Of a DNA stretch of 41,677 nt, positions 12,645 to 24,525 are shown in pieces (positions within the stretch are counted from its first letter, which is position 1; the number at the start of each line of letters is the position of its first letter). The stretch spans positions 1 to 41,677 of the forward strand of contig JNEM01006019.1 in assembly GCA_000697335.1 (NCBI GenBank). Direction: 5' to 3'. The notes beneath the pieces were generated by a model. That model made no database searches and was not told where the DNA came from. It saw only the letters and a program-made list of their open reading frames with translations. This stretch comes from Conidiobolus incongruus B7586 (taxonomy: Eukaryota). A program made the position numbers and the translations under genes.

Positions 12645-13196
12645 TTGATTGAATAAAAGTTAATTTTTTAGATGAAATATTGCATATAAATTAGGTAAGT
12701 ATAAATCAACACTTAAAATATATTATTTGTTCCATTATATTAATTACCAATTATTTTATAATATGATTGAATCTATATTGTCAATTTTCTTATCAAAACT
12801 TTTTTTTTAAATAATCAACTAATAACCTAAATTTCAATTTGATTGGCTCTATAATTAAGTTTTAAACTGGTTGATTGAATGTATGGAGTTGGACAAAGGG
12901 TTAGTCCAATCAAATTAAATAATTAGGAGAGTTAGAATTTGGTGCGTTTTTAAATGAATGACGAAAATCCTATCAAAATGATTACACTACCAACATAAGA
13001 AACTCATTCAAATTAGTAAATAGTGCATTCAATAAGTCCAAACTTCAATAATCAATCTTACAACTCATTCACAAGTCTCGAATATTTTTCTTCCATTTAA
13101 GATACTTAAATAAAGGTATCTTACGAATATTGTACTATTTACTATAAAATTAGTTAATATTAAATATATAAGTCGTCATTTTGTTTAAAAAACATA

Positions 13197-16100
13197 ATGA
13201 CTGCAGATATCACTTATGATAGTAGCTCAGACGAAACAAATGCTCATTTAATTAAAAACGATCCTAGTAAATCTCCGAGAATAAAACTCATTATAAGGAA
13301 ACCAAGTACTACTTCAATTAATGCAGATGACAATTCATCTATACCACTTTCACCCCTCACCACCAAGCCTTCTTCTAGAGGTAAACCGATAAGGAAACCT
13401 TCTACTACAAATGCAACTTCCAACGCTTTAAAACCACCTGAAGAGAGAAATTTCAACGATCTTTTCCCAACGCTGGAATTGAGTAGTACTCTGAAAATAA
13501 ACATTATAGAAAATAATTTGACAAAAGAATTGGTATCTGACAATGTCAAAGGAAGTGAATGTTCGACCCCTTTTAGCATATCTAATAACTCTACATTAAA
13601 AGAGCAATTATCTTTACCCCAAATTCAAATCCAAACCAAAGAAATTTTTGATTATCTCGATCCAAAGTTAATAAATGATGAAGGTGATTACATGGATGAA
13701 TTCAAACTACCTAATAAACACTTTTTAAGAGCTCGAGGTAATTATTTATCTTGTCAAAAAAGTTCATTTTTATTAATATTTTGGTTCAATTAGAGTCTCT
13801 TGATCAACCTAATATTCAAGTTGAGTATGATATGGACGAAGAAGGTATTGATAATACTTAAATTATCATTAAAATTATTGATTTTTTTCATTGTGTTCAG
13901 ATAGAAAATGGTTAAATATGTTTATGTCAAAAAAGAGGACAAGTTCAGTCGCACCGCAATATCTTAAAGCTTTTGAAACTTTGATGGATCATATTGAAAA
14001 GGGCTGGTTTGAAATCGTAAGATTTTAAATATCGCTTTTATCAAAGTTTGATTAATTGGTTTTTGTTTTAGTCAAGGCAGAAAAAATACGAAAATTTAAC
14101 TATTCAAGATATCCAAGCCAAATCCGATGCTTCTTGCGAAATTTGTGACAAAAATGATTGCGAAAACTCTAATTGTATAGTTTTTTGCGATGGTTGCGAT
14201 TTAGCTGTACATCAAAGTAAGTTTATGCTAATTTTTAAAATCATTCTATCTGCAGATGTTAACCTATTTTCAGTGTGTTATGGAGTACCATTTATTCCTG
14301 AAGGAGAGTGGCTATGCAGAAAATGTATGGTATCTCCTAGTAATCCAGTGGTAATTTATTCAATTATAAATTATTTATTGTTTTTCATTAATCGTCTGGT
14401 AAATTAGTCATGCCTTCTATGCCCTAATGAAGGAGGCGCTTTCAAACAAACCACGAATAATAAATGGGCTCATGTTCTTTGTGCTGATTGGGTGCCAGAA
14501 ACATCGTTTGTAAATTTAGATACTATGGAACCAATTGCCAATGTGGATCAGATCCCAAGATCCAGATGGAAGTTGGTAATTTATTATTTTTTGATGTCAA
14601 TTAATCTTCACATTAATTCATACAGATTTCTATTTAATTTAGTTATGTTATATCTGTAAACAAAAGCAAGGAGCACCTATCCAATGTAGTATAAAGTCTT
14701 GTACAACAGCATTTCACGCAACTTGTGCTAGGGAAGCAAAGTTCTATATGAAAATCAAGTTGAATAAATACAACGTGCTCGATTGGAAAGTCTTTTGTCA
14801 TCGTCATACACCTGTAATATAAAAATAACTCAAATACATTAATATATATGTATTCATCATATTAATGTTTTTAGATGAAATTTAAAGATAAAGTCATTTA
14901 CAATGAAGCACAACAAAAGCTATTAGAAAAGTTTTCCAATATGCATAAACAATCCAAAAATAAGCATAACAAAGGTAACAATAAACCTGAGCTTATTTAT
15001 ATTTTGATATATTAACACAATGTATAGACTCTGCTGCTACAAAATCGGCTAGAGCTCACCAACAATCTTTTTCTACAGAAGAGATCATTGTTCCTTCTTC
15101 TTTATATAGATCGGCACTTGAAATTATTGCTCCATTTAATTTGAACCAACCCGAATGGTTTGTTACAGGAGTTTGTCAATATTGGTCTCTCAAGAAGCAG
15201 AGATACAGAGGAGCTTATTTAATTAAAAGATTGCATCTAGAGGTATATAATTATTTCATCATATCGGAGTGACTTAATAATATATTTAAATAGCCATGGA
15301 CAGCTAAAATACCAACCAAATTGGATGGCGAGCATGAGCAAAATGAACATCAGGTATTCTATTTTCATGTTTCAATTTATTTAAAACCTGTTAATTTCTT
15401 ACATTTTTATTAGGCATTGCTTGCCAGAAGAACAGAATTGGAAAGAATACTTATGTTAACAGAATTGATCAGAAAAAGAGAGAGAGTTAAAGCGAAATTA
15501 TATCGTAATATTACTCAATATTGGGAGGCATATTTTGTTCCTCATAAACCTCTTTTACTCTGGGCTGTTAGTAAACTTCAAAGGTAAAATTTTATATGGT
15601 TTATACATTTTTGAAATCTGATTTTAAATAGGATGGATGCGACTTCAATGTTTGCTGAACCTGTGACCGATGAAATAGCCCCTATGTATTCAACTATAAT
15701 TAAGAATCCAATGGATTTTTCTACCCTGACGAACAAAGTTAATGCAAATTGTTATTTTAATATTGAAGATTTCAAGGTACTTTAGAATTAATTTGATTTA
15801 TAATTTATAGTAATTCCTTTTTGATAGGCTGATGTAAATCTTATATATGACAATTGCATGACTTATAATGACAAATCTACCATTTTCCATAATACAGCAA
15901 AAAGACATAAAGCAAGAGCTGAGGGTATTTTTGCACAACTTGAGCAGCAATGGAAGGCTTTAGAGACAGACTCTAAGCTTGGGATATTGTCACGTGATTT
16001 CAATATTTCTAGTATGTTACCCTTTTTTCATACACTTGAAGAGATCAACAATCCTCTTCAGTCATCTTCAACAAATCTTTCTAGCTCTGAATTATCTGCG

Positions 16101-16382
16101 CTTACTTCCGATACTCCTGAATCTTTGACCCCTCCTTCTCCCCGTCCTCCAAATCCTCCCAATTCTTCAAATCCCAAATCGTCAGCTACTAAAACTCCCG
16201 ATAAATCAAAAATCATTTCATCTACTAGAGTGTTAAGGAGATCAACTCGTCCGCCACGTCCAAATCTTCGAAGCTGTCCACAACAAGTACCCATTCGATA
16301 TGGGAAATTGAGTAAAGAAGCCCAGTTGCTAATTGAGGGACAAACTTTTTCTAATAAGAAAACGCCCCGAAAGAAACCTTAA
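13197..16382 (+). CDS. NTO1: Nto1/BRPF (peregrin)-like HAT complex scaffold: EPL1 + PHD-zinc knuckle-PHD + bromodomain, 13 exons
   Basis: Manual splicing keeps frame: [106 protein letters not shown]; bromodomain [22 protein letters not shown]. Confidence 0.9.
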
Positions 16383-16701
16383 AATTGAATTATTTAATAA
16401 TCTTTATTTGATTTATTGATAAATATTAGCAAATCTAAAATATTTAACTTGTACAAAATAAATTTAAATTGATACAATTATCAGTATAATAACCAATTAA
16501 CTACTAAATAATATTCATTATAAACATATTTTACCATGCGCTTAACTTATAATCATTAGTTAATTAAAAAGAGATATAAATAGCTCAATTTGATCAAACC
16601 ATAATTTATGTGAAGCTAAATTAAAATGAATATGAAAATGGATAGTATAAATTCAGATCAAATATTGTCAATATCATTTCTAAATTGATTAATAGTTAAT
16701 T

Positions 16702-17755
16702 ATGTCAACTCATCATCTTGTTATTATATCTGGAGCTAACAAAGGATTTGGAAAGTCTATTGCCAAGTCTTATGTTAAACAATTAACTAAAAATCAAAGT
16801 CACTTTATTGATCTCATCTTATTGGGAAGAAATCAACAACAATTACAAGCTGCTCAAACTGAAATTCAAACCCAATTGGGAAACAGTGGAAGAGTTCATG
16901 TGGTTGATAACGTCGAGTTAAGTAATCTTGATAGTTTACAAACTAAATATGACGAAATTTTTGACTTGATCAAGGTAAATCATTTAATTTGTATTGAACT
17001 TTATTTAAAATTAAAATTTGATATTTAAAGGAAAATGTTCGAACTTCCGAATTTTTGAACGCTACCAACAAATATTTAGCATTATTTAATAACGCTGGTA
17101 GCTTGGGAGATATCTCTAGCAAAGCCACCTCCTTCAATTTACAACAAGTTCAAGAGTATTCCAATATCAATTTGACTTCTTTATGGGGTTTATGGTAAAT
17201 ATATTAGTCATTAATTAATAATAACTCATATAAATAATACTATTAGCTCTGAATTCCAAAAATGGAGATCCTTTGAAAAATTTACCAAGTCCACTCTAAT
17301 TAACACCTCATCCTTGGCAGCTGTTCAAACCTTCCCTTATTTGAGTCTTTATTGCACATTTAAATTCGCTAGGAAAGCTTTAATGGAAATTCTTGCTAAA
17401 GAAAATGTAACATTTGATCTATCAAATATCTATTGATCATTGTGCTAAATTAGTTTGATGCTTTATAGCCCGATATTCAAGTGTTGAACTATGCACCTGG
17501 ACCTCTCAACAATGATATGCAAGGTGATTTCCGTACCTTATTAGGGGATGAAGAAATGAGAAAAACTTATCAAAAATTACATGATGAGGTAAATCTATGA
17601 ATCATATACTATTATTATAAACTAAAGTGTAATCCACCATTTGAAACCATTAGAATCAACTAGTTGACATGGAAATAAGTTCCGATAAGTTGATTGATTT
17701 AATTTGGAATGACAAATTCAAGTCTGGAGACCATATTGATTATTATGACATTTAA
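16702..17755 (+). CDS. Sepiapterin reductase-like SDR, 5 exons (16702-16974, 17031-17194, 17247-17406, 17469-17588, 17654-17755)
   Basis: SGANKGFG, NNAGSLGDIS, NTSSLAA, YCTFK (YxxxK), VLNYAPGPLNNDMQ, C-terminal FKSGDHIDYYDI, all matching the SPR subfamily pattern. Confidence 0.88.
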
Positions 17756-17874
17756 TCAATACGAATTATATCAATAAATTTTATTTGTATTTATCATATA
17801 ATCTGTTAAATTAATTATCATTAATATATTAAACACTTCATATTATTACTTATTAGATCTTCTTATAAAAGAAA

Positions 17875-18636
17875 TTAAAGTTGACCATCGCTGTACACTG
17901 GAAGCTCTAGTTTGTTAATGGATATATTGTTGTCTACAACAACATTTCCGTTTGTACCTCTAACTTTGATATTAAATGGGCCATATCCCATATGCTTGAG
18001 TTCCCAATGATTATCATCCCTTAGTTTGAGTGACACCCAGTCATCCTCCTGTTGGATTTCCACAGATTGAACAGGATAAGCAGGATTTCTGATCTGTAAC
18101 AGAGCATTCCAATCATCACTGTATTTATCCCAATAATACATCAAAGGTCCCATCGTCGGACATCTCACCTGCTCCCACACAGCTTTTACAGTACCAGCGG
18201 TAAAATCACCAATTACACTGTACGCCAGCTTATTCATGTTTAAATCACCCTCTTGACAGCTTACACATTGATCCACAACATGAACAACTACACTCGCTTT
18301 AGTTTTGGGATTGGTCACCTTTAAACACATCCCACAGCTGATAGCATTATTAAACACTGCAGCACTCACCCCTGTGAAGTATCCATGAATTCCATCTGGA
18401 TATGAGCATTTACCAAATCCTATCAATACACATACAATTAATTTAAAAATGAATACGAAACATATAATATTACCTTTAGAGTTAGTATCATAGCTAATTA
18501 AACCTTGACCGTTCAATTTTATGCCCTGGTAAGGTCCATTGATCCATGATTGAATCCAAACACTCGAATTGAACTGATGAAGTATACGCATTAACAGTAT
18601 TAATAATTAAACATAAAATAAAAACAAAATAATCAT
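17875..18636 (-). CDS. Expansin-like protein (EXLX type: DPBB D1 + CBM63-like D2); intron 18473-18420; start uncertain (18591 or 18636)
   Basis: GKCSY, CGMCLKVT, VVVHVVDQCVSC, QIRNPAYPVQSVE, W..L...DNHW, GPFNIKV. The hydrophobic NIICFVFIFKLIVCVLI stretch in the track ORF is a 54-nt in-frame intron. Confidence 0.85.
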
Positions 18637-18933
18637 CCACTAAAGACGATGTCGAATATTTAACCTACTGAACTTAATCAAATTAATTACTTGAAATAGC
18701 AAAATGAAATTTTTAGTTAATTTTTACAATTTTAATTTATGATTTCATTCGTTTTGAATTTAAATTTATTAATTTTGTTTTATTTTTAAAATATTAATTT
18801 TAAATTTTTGATTTTTATAGATTTACCAATTTACTAATGTTGCTAGCTTCACAAATTGTTTAGAATTGATCTGCTTCAATTTAATATATCATGAATCGAT
18901 GGGTTTATTGATCATATAAAAAATATTGACGTC

Positions 18934-19850
18934 ATGCGGTCAATTATCTATATACTGTCCAATATTATTACTAAGTTATCAGTATCCAATGTTAGTTCCT
19001 TTTTAGATGTTATGAAAAGTGCTGATGGTAGTTGTACTGTTTTGACTGGTGCTGGTATGCTGACAGCATCAATCATTATTAATTGTTCAACACTTATTTA
19101 TAAAATAAGTGTAAGTACTGATTCTGGTATTGCTGATTACCATGGTCCGAAAGTGGTGTTATTACTAACCCCAATCATAAGCCGATCACCTATCAGCAAT
19201 TTACTTCTTTGCTATATAATCGCAAGAGATACTGGCTCAGATCATTCTTTGATTATGAACGCGTCGCGAAATCCCAGCCCAACTCAGCTCACTACATTTT
19301 AACAGACTGTAAAAACAGGGCTTAATCAGTTCCATCATCACTCAAAATATCGACAGTTTTCACCAAAAGTCGGGCAGTAAAAACGTAGTGGAAATGCACG
19401 ATACATTATATAAGGTGGCTTGTATTACATGCGGGCATCAAACCACCTGTGACGATTTCTTATTCCACTTTAAACACTTAAATCCCAACTGACAACATTT
19501 CTTCCAACCCGAAGATCCTTCCGATATCAAGATGACATCATACGGTGACGTTCAATTATCTGAAAATGCAGATTGCAATCAATTCAATTTACTAACTTGT
19601 CCAGTTTGTCATACACATACATTTAAACCTCATATAATATTGTTTGAAGAAAATATGAATATTAATGTTAAAAATGAAATCTATGATATTGTCTAAACCA
19701 ATCAAAAATTGATGGTACTTGTGTGATCATTAACAGTAATATTGGCTTATTACTTGGTACTAGCTAGCAGCCAGTTTAGTATTATCAATTTAAGCCCAAT
19801 CAATATGACAACAAGATTAAGCTTGTCTACCTCATCAAAATCATTGAATT
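18934..19850 (+). pseudogene. Sirtuin (class II, SIRT4-like) pseudogene
   Basis: VLTGAG/VSTDSGIADYHGP, KPITYQQF, RKRYWLRSF, QPNSAH, ITQNIDSFHQK, EMHDTL, CITC, LNPN*, GDV, CPVC, KPHIILFEEN. Frameshifts near 19150 and 19315; stops at 19490, 19694, 19724; intron acceptor TAG appears mutated to TAA (19106-19108). Confidence 0.88.
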
Positions 19851-19899
19851 CTTGAAAATATTATTATCAGTTAAGAAAAAATGGCAAATTTTTTAATTT

Positions 19900-21100
19900 T
19901 TGATTTTTCAAACATATTGCTAGTTTTAAAAAAAATATATAAAATAAATGAGAAAAATTATATTTTCACACTATATATACAATTATCATTAAAATATTTT
20001 TATTTAAAAATTTATTACCGAGTTTAATTACTTCAAACTAGATAATAACTATCAAAAGTGCTTTATTTTATTATTAAAACTTAACCACAAAACTTTTAAA
20101 ACCATTTGAGGTTTATAATCAGTTTATAAAAATAATATTTTATACAAAACTATTTATACTATTAAATTTTTCATTATAAGTTAAAAAAATATTATTTAAA
20201 ATATATTATAATTTAAAATTAATTTTGATTGTGACTTTTTCTTTTATTAATGAAATAAAAAAATATATTAAAAATGCTTTTTTATTACAGTTAGAGAATT
20301 ATCAAAGTAATCTAAAACTAATTATATAAATATATTAAATTATTTTAAAGTCTAGACTTGGTTTAATTAATAAGAATATAAAATAAATATCTTATGATTT
20401 ATCATAAATTTAGGAAATTAGAGTAGCTATAATTATATATAGCCTATTAAGATATATCCAAAAACAAAAGCTTTTAAATTAGATTATTATAATTAATAGA
20501 TTTTAAATCCTTTTATATAATCTTTTATTCAAAAACAAAACAAAATATTAAGTAAAAACAACTTTGTTTTTATAAATTCCAATAAATAAGCATTTTTTTA
20601 TTAGTGAATATATATTTTCATAATAAAATATAACAATATATATATTTTTTATTAAATATTCTTATTTTAGATTAAAGTTATTTATTATTTTGTATAATAA
20701 TTATAAAATACATAAAATTAAATTTGTAATAAATTTTCTATATAAGAAATTAGAAAGAACTACTACATCCAGTATATTTATTAGAGTATAACTTATCTAA
20801 TAATAATTGATTTACATAACTAAAAAATATTCTTATATAAAAAATTCCTATAAATAAATTTAATTAGTTTATAAAATATTAAATTTTAGTCTTTAATAAA
20901 AGGAATTGTTTTTTTAACTGTTATAAGGTTACCAAAAGTATAGCAAAGTGTTTTTGATAATAAAAAAGTAGTAATATTAGATTATTTATTTATTTTTGTA
21001 TATTATATATTAAAAATTATATTAAATTTTGATTTTAAAATTTTGCCTTTCTTTAATTTCTGTTTTAATACATTTAATTTTATGTAAAATAAGAAAAATT
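19900..21100. other. Extremely AT-rich non-coding tract
   Basis: Very few G/C, no ORF in the track, no recognisable motif. Confidence 0.6.
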
Positions 21101-21106
21101 ATGTAA

Positions 21107-21113
21107 CCCATAA
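21107..21113 (+). promoter_or_regulatory. CCCATAA motif upstream of GPN2
   Basis: Exact motif ~143 nt before ATG 21256. Confidence 0.5.
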
Positions 21114-21255
21114 TAATTGTGACAACTAAATAGAGTTATAAATTTTGTTATTTGGAATTGATTTTTAATTAAAATTATAATAAACAAACTATATTTTAAT
21201 TAATTCAACACTAAATTATACATATTTAAACCTTTATTGTTATATATTATAAACT

Positions 21256-22461
21256 ATGCCATTTGGTCAAGTAATAACTTTTAAAACTTTTTTGTATTTG
21301 AATTTTTGATGAAATCTAGATTGCTATTGGCCCTCCAAGTTCTGGCAAGACTACATATTGCTACGGTTTACAACAATTTTGTGAGGGGATTAAAAGGTAT
21401 TGACTTAAGAAATACTCATTAAAATAATTAATATATTTGAAACAATCAATAGAAAGTGTGTCATTGTGAATTTAGACCCAGCTAACGATTTTATCCCTTA
21501 TGACTGTACTATCAATATTCAAGATTTAAGCACTTTGCAAGATGCTATGGAAACATATCATTTAGGCCCGAACGGTGGTATTATGTACTGTTTGGAATAC
21601 CTGTTAGAGAATATCAATTGGTTGACTGACCAATTGAAAGATTATTCTGGTAAATTCTATATTGGTCTAAAATTTTTTGGAGTAATTAATATATTTTATA
21701 GATTATTATATTATATTTGATTCACCTGGACAGGCCGAATTATTTACACATAATTATGTAATTAGAAATATTGTGGATCATTTGGTGAGGTTGGATTTTA
21801 GAGTAATAAATAATATCACTCCCATGATTTAGAGTATTAATATTTTTAATTTAGTTGGCATGTGTTCATTTAGTAGACGCTCACTACTGCACAGATCCAA
21901 CCAAATTCGTATCCGTATTACTGTTGAGTTTGAAGGGTACGCTTATGTTGGAATTACCTCACGTCAGCGTACTCAGCAAAATTGATTTGATGGAAAGTTA
22001 TGGCAAATTAGGCAATCACCAATTATAACATTATTAACACTGAAAATTAACGATTTTTAAAGATTTTAATTTAGAATACTATACAGAAGTCATGGATTTG
22101 AAATATTATTCCAGTTAAATGAAAGCCAATTTGGGAAGAAATTTCAAAAATTGAATGAGGTATTATGTGAATTGATCGAAGATTACAGTTTGGTCAGTTT
22201 TAAAACTTTACAAGTTGAGGTAATTCTATCATATTTAATGGACTATTTCGTTATTAATTGTTACGTTTAGGATAAAGAATCCATGTTTAATTTATTAAAA
22301 TCATTGATCAAGCTAACGGTTACATCTTTGGAGGATTGACAGAAGGCAATGAATCCATTATGGCAACTGCTAATCAATCCTCAGTAACCAATTTGGATGA
22401 GACAAGAGAAGTTGAACAGAAATATTTGAAAAAATACGACATGGACAATGGATTTAATTGA
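21256..22461 (+). pseudogene. GPN2: GPN-loop GTPase 2, 7 exons, disrupted by two single-base deletions (young pseudogene or sequencing error)
   Basis: [66 protein letters not shown]. Frameshift ~22105 gives TAA 22116-22118; second frameshift ~22300; P-loop G>S; GC donor at 22012. Confidence 0.75.
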
Positions 22462-22878
22462 TTATTTATCATTCGTTCTATTATATATTGTTGTACTTCT
22501 ATTCTTCATTAAAATTAAGTCAAAATAATGTCAATTTTTGATTATTTAACTCTGGACACATTTAATCATTTGAATGATTTCGATTGATAAAAATTCAATA
22601 GCTTGAAAATAAAGAGTTATTTAATATATCTCTATTAATGATAATCGTTTTTGTTAACAACTGTTAAATTTTAAACTTTCTGCTATTATTTTATAGTGAT
22701 GATGAATATAAATATTTTATCAATATCTATGAGGAAATTTCCACTTTAAGCAAGAGCTTATTTGTTTCAATTCTATATCAATTAATAACAATCTTACTTA
22801 ACGTACTGATGATTAATTTATTGTGAAGTAACTATTTGTAAATATTAAAAATTAATATAAATTGAATAGATAAATAGT

Positions 22879-24390
22879 TTAACAAATAACACAATCTCCC
22901 TTCTTGTCCTTGCCCTTGGTATGTTTCTTTATCTTGACTGATCCATATTCAGATCTTCTGACTTGGGGAGCGTTCTTCTCCAATCTCTTTTTAGCTTCGA
23001 TGGATCCATTTTTGGCGGCGCGATGGTACCATTTCATAGCTTCATCCATATTAATTTCGACACCAACACCAACTTCGTGGTAGTAGCCCATAGCATATTC
23101 AGCTTTGGGTAAGTTTTGATTGGCTGCTAATGAGCACCACTTGATAGCTTCAGAATCTTTGGGCTCCAAAATACCTGGAGCACCTGTCAAATACCAACCA
23201 CTGAGGGCCATTTGAGCTTCAGGATGTCCTCTGTGAGCACCTGATTTGTAATAGTAAATAGATTTGGCGGGATCGACGGGGAAGCCGTGTTCACCATACT
23301 CGTAACAGTAACCACACTTATAAATAGCCGGTAAGTATTTGAGTTCAGCAGCTTTTTCCAAAGATTCTCTAGCTTCAATTTCGTCCCTTAAGCCCAAATC
23401 TACTTCGAAAATACCTAATAGGATCAATCCCCAAATGTAAGCACCTTGGGGAAATTCTTTGTTGGCAGCTTGTGCTGCTCTTCTGAGGAATAAGTGAGCA
23501 GATTGGTGACTTTTAGGTAGTTTCATGTCTCCGTAGAGATAAGCAATACCGATACGATAGTTAGCAGCTGGACTTCCCAAAGCGCAGGCTTTCTTATAGA
23601 ATGCGACAGCTCTAGTATAGTCGTTACGATTCTCGTAATGCTCTCCCAACTTGTACATACCACCCGGGTATCCAAGCTTATTAGCGGATTGGTACTGAGA
23701 CAAAGCACGACTGTTGCTGGGAGAGTAACCAAATTTACCGTATTCATACCAGGTACCGACGATGTAGACAGCTTCAGGATGATTTGCCTTATTGAGCTTA
23801 TTGATCCAGAATACACCCTCCTCTGTCAATTTTTCAATACTTTGGGGGTCTGTAGGAATATCAGTTTCCACATCAGGATCTTGTAAAGATTCTATCTGTT
23901 CGAAAATAAATTTGGCAAATTCCATTTGGATACTAGGGTCTTTGGTTTTGAGAGCGGACTCTCTGTAAACTGCTAACATGGGTGATTCGTTGGTTAACGT
24001 GTTGGAAATACGGCTCAAGCGCTTGGGATTTGTGTAGAGTGCTGAGGAGGGTCGGTTAGAATTGGGGGTCAAAATAGACAGTCTCTTTTCAGCGTCGCCG
24101 TCAGGATTGAGAAATAGGGTGGAAGCTCTCAACTCGGCAACTGAACGATTCTTTTTTAATCTAGGTATGGGATTGGTATCAGGTGAGAATGTGGATAAGT
24201 TTTGAGATGATTCACTGGCGGAAGTTTGAGAGTAAAGGTTGGGATTGAGATTGTTCACATTGGCAGAAGGAATTTGGTGAGAAATATCATCATTTGGTGA
24301 AGTTGATTCCACAGGGTCGAAATCAGTGTCATGTACATTAATCGCAGGGGGTAAATTCACTACAGGTATATTTTCTGTACTTTTAGACAT
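22879..24390 (-). CDS. CHS4: SEL1-like repeat chitin synthase activator (Chs4/Skt5-like) with C-terminal CaaX (CVIC), single exon
   Basis: Disordered Ser/Asn/Pro-rich N-terminus, tandem SEL1 repeats, AQMALSGWYLTG, LPKAEYAMGYYHEVGVG, basic tail KKGDCVIC. Confidence 0.88.
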   Translation of the reverse strand: MSKSTENIPVVNLPPAINVHDTDFDPVESTSPNDDISHQIPSANVNNLNPNLYSQTSASESSQNLSTFSPDTNPIPRLKKNRSVAELRASTLFLNPDGDAEKRLSILTPNSNRPSSALYTNPKRLSRISNTLTNESPMLAVYRESALKTKDPSIQMEFAKFIFEQIESLQDPDVETDIPTDPQSIEKLTEEGVFWINKLNKANHPEAVYIVGTWYEYGKFGYSPSNSRALSQYQSANKLGYPGGMYKLGEHYENRNDYTRAVAFYKKACALGSPAANYRIGIAYLYGDMKLPKSHQSAHLFLRRAAQAANKEFPQGAYIWGLILLGIFEVDLGLRDEIEARESLEKAAELKYLPAIYKCGYCYEYGEHGFPVDPAKSIYYYKSGAHRGHPEAQMALSGWYLTGAPGILEPKDSEAIKWCSLAANQNLPKAEYAMGYYHEVGVGVEINMDEAMKWYHRAAKNGSIEAKKRLEKNAPQVRRSEYGSVKIKKHTKGKDKKGDCVIC

Positions 24391-24518
24391 ATTGAATGAT
24401 TATTTTAATATTCAACCAAGTTAATGGGAAATATAAATGATTTAAAACTGAATTAAAATAACTGTTATTATGGATAATTGAGTATAAGTAAATAAAGGCT
24501 GTGTAAATATGCGAATAT

Positions 24519-24525
24519 TTATGGG
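24519..24525 (-). promoter_or_regulatory. CCCATAA motif upstream of CHS4-like gene
   Basis: TTATGGG ~129 nt upstream of minus-strand ATG 24390. Confidence 0.5.

Noticed and set aside
20348..20359. 12-bp palindrome AAGTCTAGACTT
   Set aside because: Single short palindrome with no terminal repeats or target-site duplication.
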